Positions 61,102 to 64,000 of a stretch of DNA of 64,000 nucleotides are shown piece after piece. This DNA is from Flavobacteriales bacterium (GTDB taxonomy: Bacteria; Bacteroidota; Bacteroidia; Flavobacteriales; BACL11), in contig JACNLP010000027.1 of NCBI GenBank assembly GCA_014381465.1, forward strand, positions 1,685 to 65,684, read 5' to 3'. How positions within the stretch are numbered: position 1 is the first letter of the stretch; every line of letters starts with the position of its first letter. The notes beneath the pieces were generated by a model that had not been told where the DNA came from, searched no databases, and saw nothing but the letters and a program-made list of their open reading frames with translations. The translations under genes were made by a program, and so were the position numbers.

Positions 61102-62927
61102 GAAAAGTTTGTATTGGTATTTTAATGATGGGTGTATTTGTTTTGCAAGCACAAGAACATATTTCGGTTTTGGAGAGTAATCCTTTACTAAAAACAAATC
61201 AAAAACAAGTGCAAAAAATGCGAACAAGTAGTGCTGTCGCTTTACCTTTTTTAGATGATTTTTCATACAATTCGTATTTCCCTGACAATTTACTTTGGGA
61301 AGATAGTGCGGTTTTTGTCAATCGATCTTATCCTATAAATCCTGTAACAATTGGAGTGGCTACTTTTGACGGATTAGATGCTAATGGTATGGCTTATGAC
61401 ATTTCGGCTTCTACCCAAGCACAAAGAGCGGATTCTCTTACTTCTAGGGCAATTGATTTATCGGCAGTGGATTCTGCTTATTTGCTTTTTTATTATCAAG
61501 CAGAAGGTTTGGGAGATAATCCGCAAACAGAAGACTCTTTGGTTTTGGAGTTTCTTTCAGGAATAGATCCTTTAGGATTTCCTATTTGGCAACATATTTG
61601 GAGTATTGCTGGACATAGCACACAAGAATTTCAGAGAATGGAGTTCAATATTAAAGGAGTAAATTACTTACATGCTAGCTTTCAATTTCGCTTTAGAAAT
61701 TATGCTACACTTTCTGGAAATTTTGATCATTGGCATATAGATTATGTAAAGGTAGATGAATATTCAACTGGACAAATACCAAATTTAAATGATGTAGCTT
61801 TTGTGTATGAAAATCCGCAACTCTTAAAAAGGTACAGAGAAATGCCTTGGGTACAATATCAAGAAAATACAGCAGGCGAATTAAGAGATACTCTGGATAT
61901 TATTTTGCGTAATAATAATGCAGGACTAAGTGTAGATTATAAATATGATGTTTTTGAAAGCAGTAGTCAAGTAGAACACTACCCTTACTTAGGAAATTTG
62001 AGTTCTACAAGAAATGTGCAAATAAGTGTATATGATTCTATAGGAAATTTTGAATTTGTGCAACCCCCTGTTTTTTTAAGCGATACCATCTTTAAATCTG
62101 GCACAACTGATAGTGCGACATTCCTTTTTAAAAATGTAATTAAAACTGCTCCATCTGACAATAAAAACAATGATACGCTCACTCATTTTCAAAAATTCAA
62201 TTCCCATTTTGCTTATGATGATGGAGTAGCCGAGTTTGCTTATGGCATTAATGTGCAAGGGGCAAAAATGGCTTATCAGTTTCATTTAAATAAGGCAGAT
62301 AGTTTGCGAATTATCCAAATTTATTTTGCGCCAATGCAAAATAATGTAAGTAATATTCCTTTTCATTTGGTGGTGTGGGAAGATAATAATGGAGTACCTG
62401 GAAATGTTTTGCTCAAAAGCAATTTTGTATATCCTGTTTATGAAGATAGAGTAAAATTTCATAATTACTATCTGGATTCCATAATTGGATTGGATGGCAC
62501 TTTTTATGTGGGTATTGAGCAAACCACTAACGATATGTTAAATGTGGGCTTGGACAGGAATTCTCCTTCCAATAATTATATGTTTTACAATGTAGGCGGT
62601 GGCTGGAATTATTCTCAATTTCCTGGAGCTTGGATGATTCGTCCAGTACTCAGAACTACTCCTATCATTTCATCAACAAATTCTGTAATTATACAAAATG
62701 AGATTAAAATTTTTCCAAATCCATTCTTCAATTTTACGACTGTTTTGTTAAATAATGAAACTAAAAATATTATTCAACTTTTCGATATAAGCGGAAGGTT
62801 ACTAAGAAAAAATGTTACAACTGAAAACAGATTTCAGCTTTTCAGAAACAATTTAAAATCTGGAATATATCTTCTTCAAATCCAAAATAAAAAAGGAGTA
62901 TTTAGAAAGAAACTTGTTATTGAGTAA
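61098..62927 (+). CDS. T9SS type A sorting domain protein
   Basis: LPFLDDFS, ATFDGLD, YDDG.AE motifs; IFPNP CTD. Confidence 0.78.
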   Translation: MRKVCIGILMMGVFVLQAQEHISVLESNPLLKTNQKQVQKMRTSSAVALPFLDDFSYNSYFPDNLLWEDSAVFVNRSYPINPVTIGVATFDGLDANGMAYDISASTQAQRADSLTSRAIDLSAVDSAYLLFYYQAEGLGDNPQTEDSLVLEFLSGIDPLGFPIWQHIWSIAGHSTQEFQRMEFNIKGVNYLHASFQFRFRNYATLSGNFDHWHIDYVKVDEYSTGQIPNLNDVAFVYENPQLLKRYREMPWVQYQENTAGELRDTLDIILRNNNAGLSVDYKYDVFESSSQVEHYPYLGNLSSTRNVQISVYDSIGNFEFVQPPVFLSDTIFKSGTTDSATFLFKNVIKTAPSDNKNNDTLTHFQKFNSHFAYDDGVAEFAYGINVQGAKMAYQFHLNKADSLRIIQIYFAPMQNNVSNIPFHLVVWEDNNGVPGNVLLKSNFVYPVYEDRVKFHNYYLDSIIGLDGTFYVGIEQTTNDMLNVGLDRNSPSNNYMFYNVGGGWNYSQFPGAWMIRPVLRTTPIISSTNSVIIQNEIKIFPNPFFNFTTVLLNNETKNIIQLFDISGRLLRKNVTTENRFQLFRNNLKSGIYLLQIQNKKGVFRKKLVIE

Positions 62928-63937
62928 TGCAAGAAAACAACGAACTTTTCGAGCACTATAAATTTGTAGCCGACAAAGGGCAATCGCCTTTAAGGGTAGA
63001 TAAATTCCTTATCAACTTTATTGAGCACGCTACACGGACAAAAATTCAAAAAGCTGCCTCAGAGGGAAATATTAAGGTAAACGGAAATGTGGTAAAATCC
63101 AACTATAAAGTAAAGCCCGGAGATGTGGTAACAGTAGAATATGCTACTCCAAAAAAAGAGTTTGAGTTAATTCCAGAAGACATTCCTTTGAATATTATGT
63201 ATGAAGATGATGATTTCCTTATTGTAAACAAAGATGCTGGAATGGTGGTGCATCCAGGTTTTGGAAATTATTCTGGCACCTTGGTGAATGCACTTGCTTT
63301 TCATTTTAAGAATTTGCCAAATATGGGAGAAAATGATAGGCCAGGGCTAGTACACAGAATTGATAAAAATACTTCTGGTATTTTGGTGATTGCCAAAACC
63401 GAGAAAAGCATGACGGTATTAGCGAAAAATTTTGCTGATAGAGAACTAAACCGAAAATACATAGCCCTTGTATGGGGAGATGTAAAAGAAGATGAAGGCA
63501 CCATTACAGGGCATATTGGTAGAAGTTTAAAAAATAGAAAAGTTATGACTGTTTTTCCAGAAGGGGATTATGGAAAACATGCCGTAACGCACTATAAAGT
63601 TTTGGAGCGTTTTGGCTATACTACTTTGGTGGAATGCAAATTAGAAACAGGAAGAACCCATCAAATAAGGGTGCATTTTAAACATATAGGTTATACTCTT
63701 TTTAATGATGAAGAATATGGTGGAAATCAAATTTTGAAAGGCACTACTTTTACCAAATACAAACAATTTGTGCTTAATTGTTTCAAAATTTGCCAAAGGC
63801 AAGCATTACATGCTAAGTCACTTGGTTTTTCTCATCCCACTACTAAAAAGCAAATGAATTTTGATTCGGAAATTGCAGAGGATATGCAACTACTAATTGA
63901 AAAGTGGAGGGGCTATGCTAAGCATCAGAAAGAATAG
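62927..63937 (+). CDS. rluD: RluA/RluD-family pseudouridine synthase
   Basis: S4 domain, VHRIDKNTSG, TGRTHQIRVH motifs. Confidence 0.9.
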   Translation: MQENNELFEHYKFVADKGQSPLRVDKFLINFIEHATRTKIQKAASEGNIKVNGNVVKSNYKVKPGDVVTVEYATPKKEFELIPEDIPLNIMYEDDDFLIVNKDAGMVVHPGFGNYSGTLVNALAFHFKNLPNMGENDRPGLVHRIDKNTSGILVIAKTEKSMTVLAKNFADRELNRKYIALVWGDVKEDEGTITGHIGRSLKNRKVMTVFPEGDYGKHAVTHYKVLERFGYTTLVECKLETGRTHQIRVHFKHIGYTLFNDEEYGGNQILKGTTFTKYKQFVLNCFKICQRQALHAKSLGFSHPTTKKQMNFDSEIAEDMQLLIEKWRGYAKHQKE

Positions 63938-64000
63938 TGCCACTGCTGAATAGGTTTATTAACTTCCAAAAACATACTCCAAAATATTAGCGCCCATTTG

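Noticed and set aside
500-63504. Numerous 60-150-aa antisense or alternate-frame ORFs in the track (e.g. 500..709, 21276..21659, 28243..28698, 51594..52046)
   Set aside because: They lie within well-supported genes and show no motifs or independent expression signals

Overview
AT-rich chromosomal window from a Bacteroidota (Flavobacteriales-like) genome, judged from the T9SS genes porU/porV, T9SS C-terminal cargo domains and TAnnTTTG promoters. It is mostly core housekeeping genes: ispF, ahpC, an RND efflux operon, rlmB, ung, lipA, lpxH, gatB, lpxK, proS, tRNA-Glu, rpsT, upp, aroA/aroB, pafA, obgE, adk, hpt, lpdA, ddl and a RluA-family synthase. The stand-out region is 15.75-18.52 kb. It holds an HUH/Y1 REP-associated tyrosine transposase (RAYT) surrounded by seven copies of an imperfect hairpin (CCACACGAT-NNN-ATCGTGCGG(G/A)AGC) and two orphan cargo ORFs, each directly after a hairpin. 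Attached to the hairpins are diverged, truncated relic copies of the ends of the neighbouring genes (mmcQ 5' end twice, RAYT 3' end once). The arrangement looks like a REP-anchored, integron-like gene-capture or allele-replacement site (inference). A second cassette-like insertion at 57.5-58.2 kb is bounded by a ~100-bp direct repeat that starts at a different, covarying GTCA-type hairpin family also seen at 48.9 kb. There are three disrupted genes (TetR frameshift, cargo ORF frameshift, DUF523 in-frame stop), one small lipoprotein missed by the ORF track, and several apparently leaderless promoters. All annotations come from motif recognition; no database search was run.
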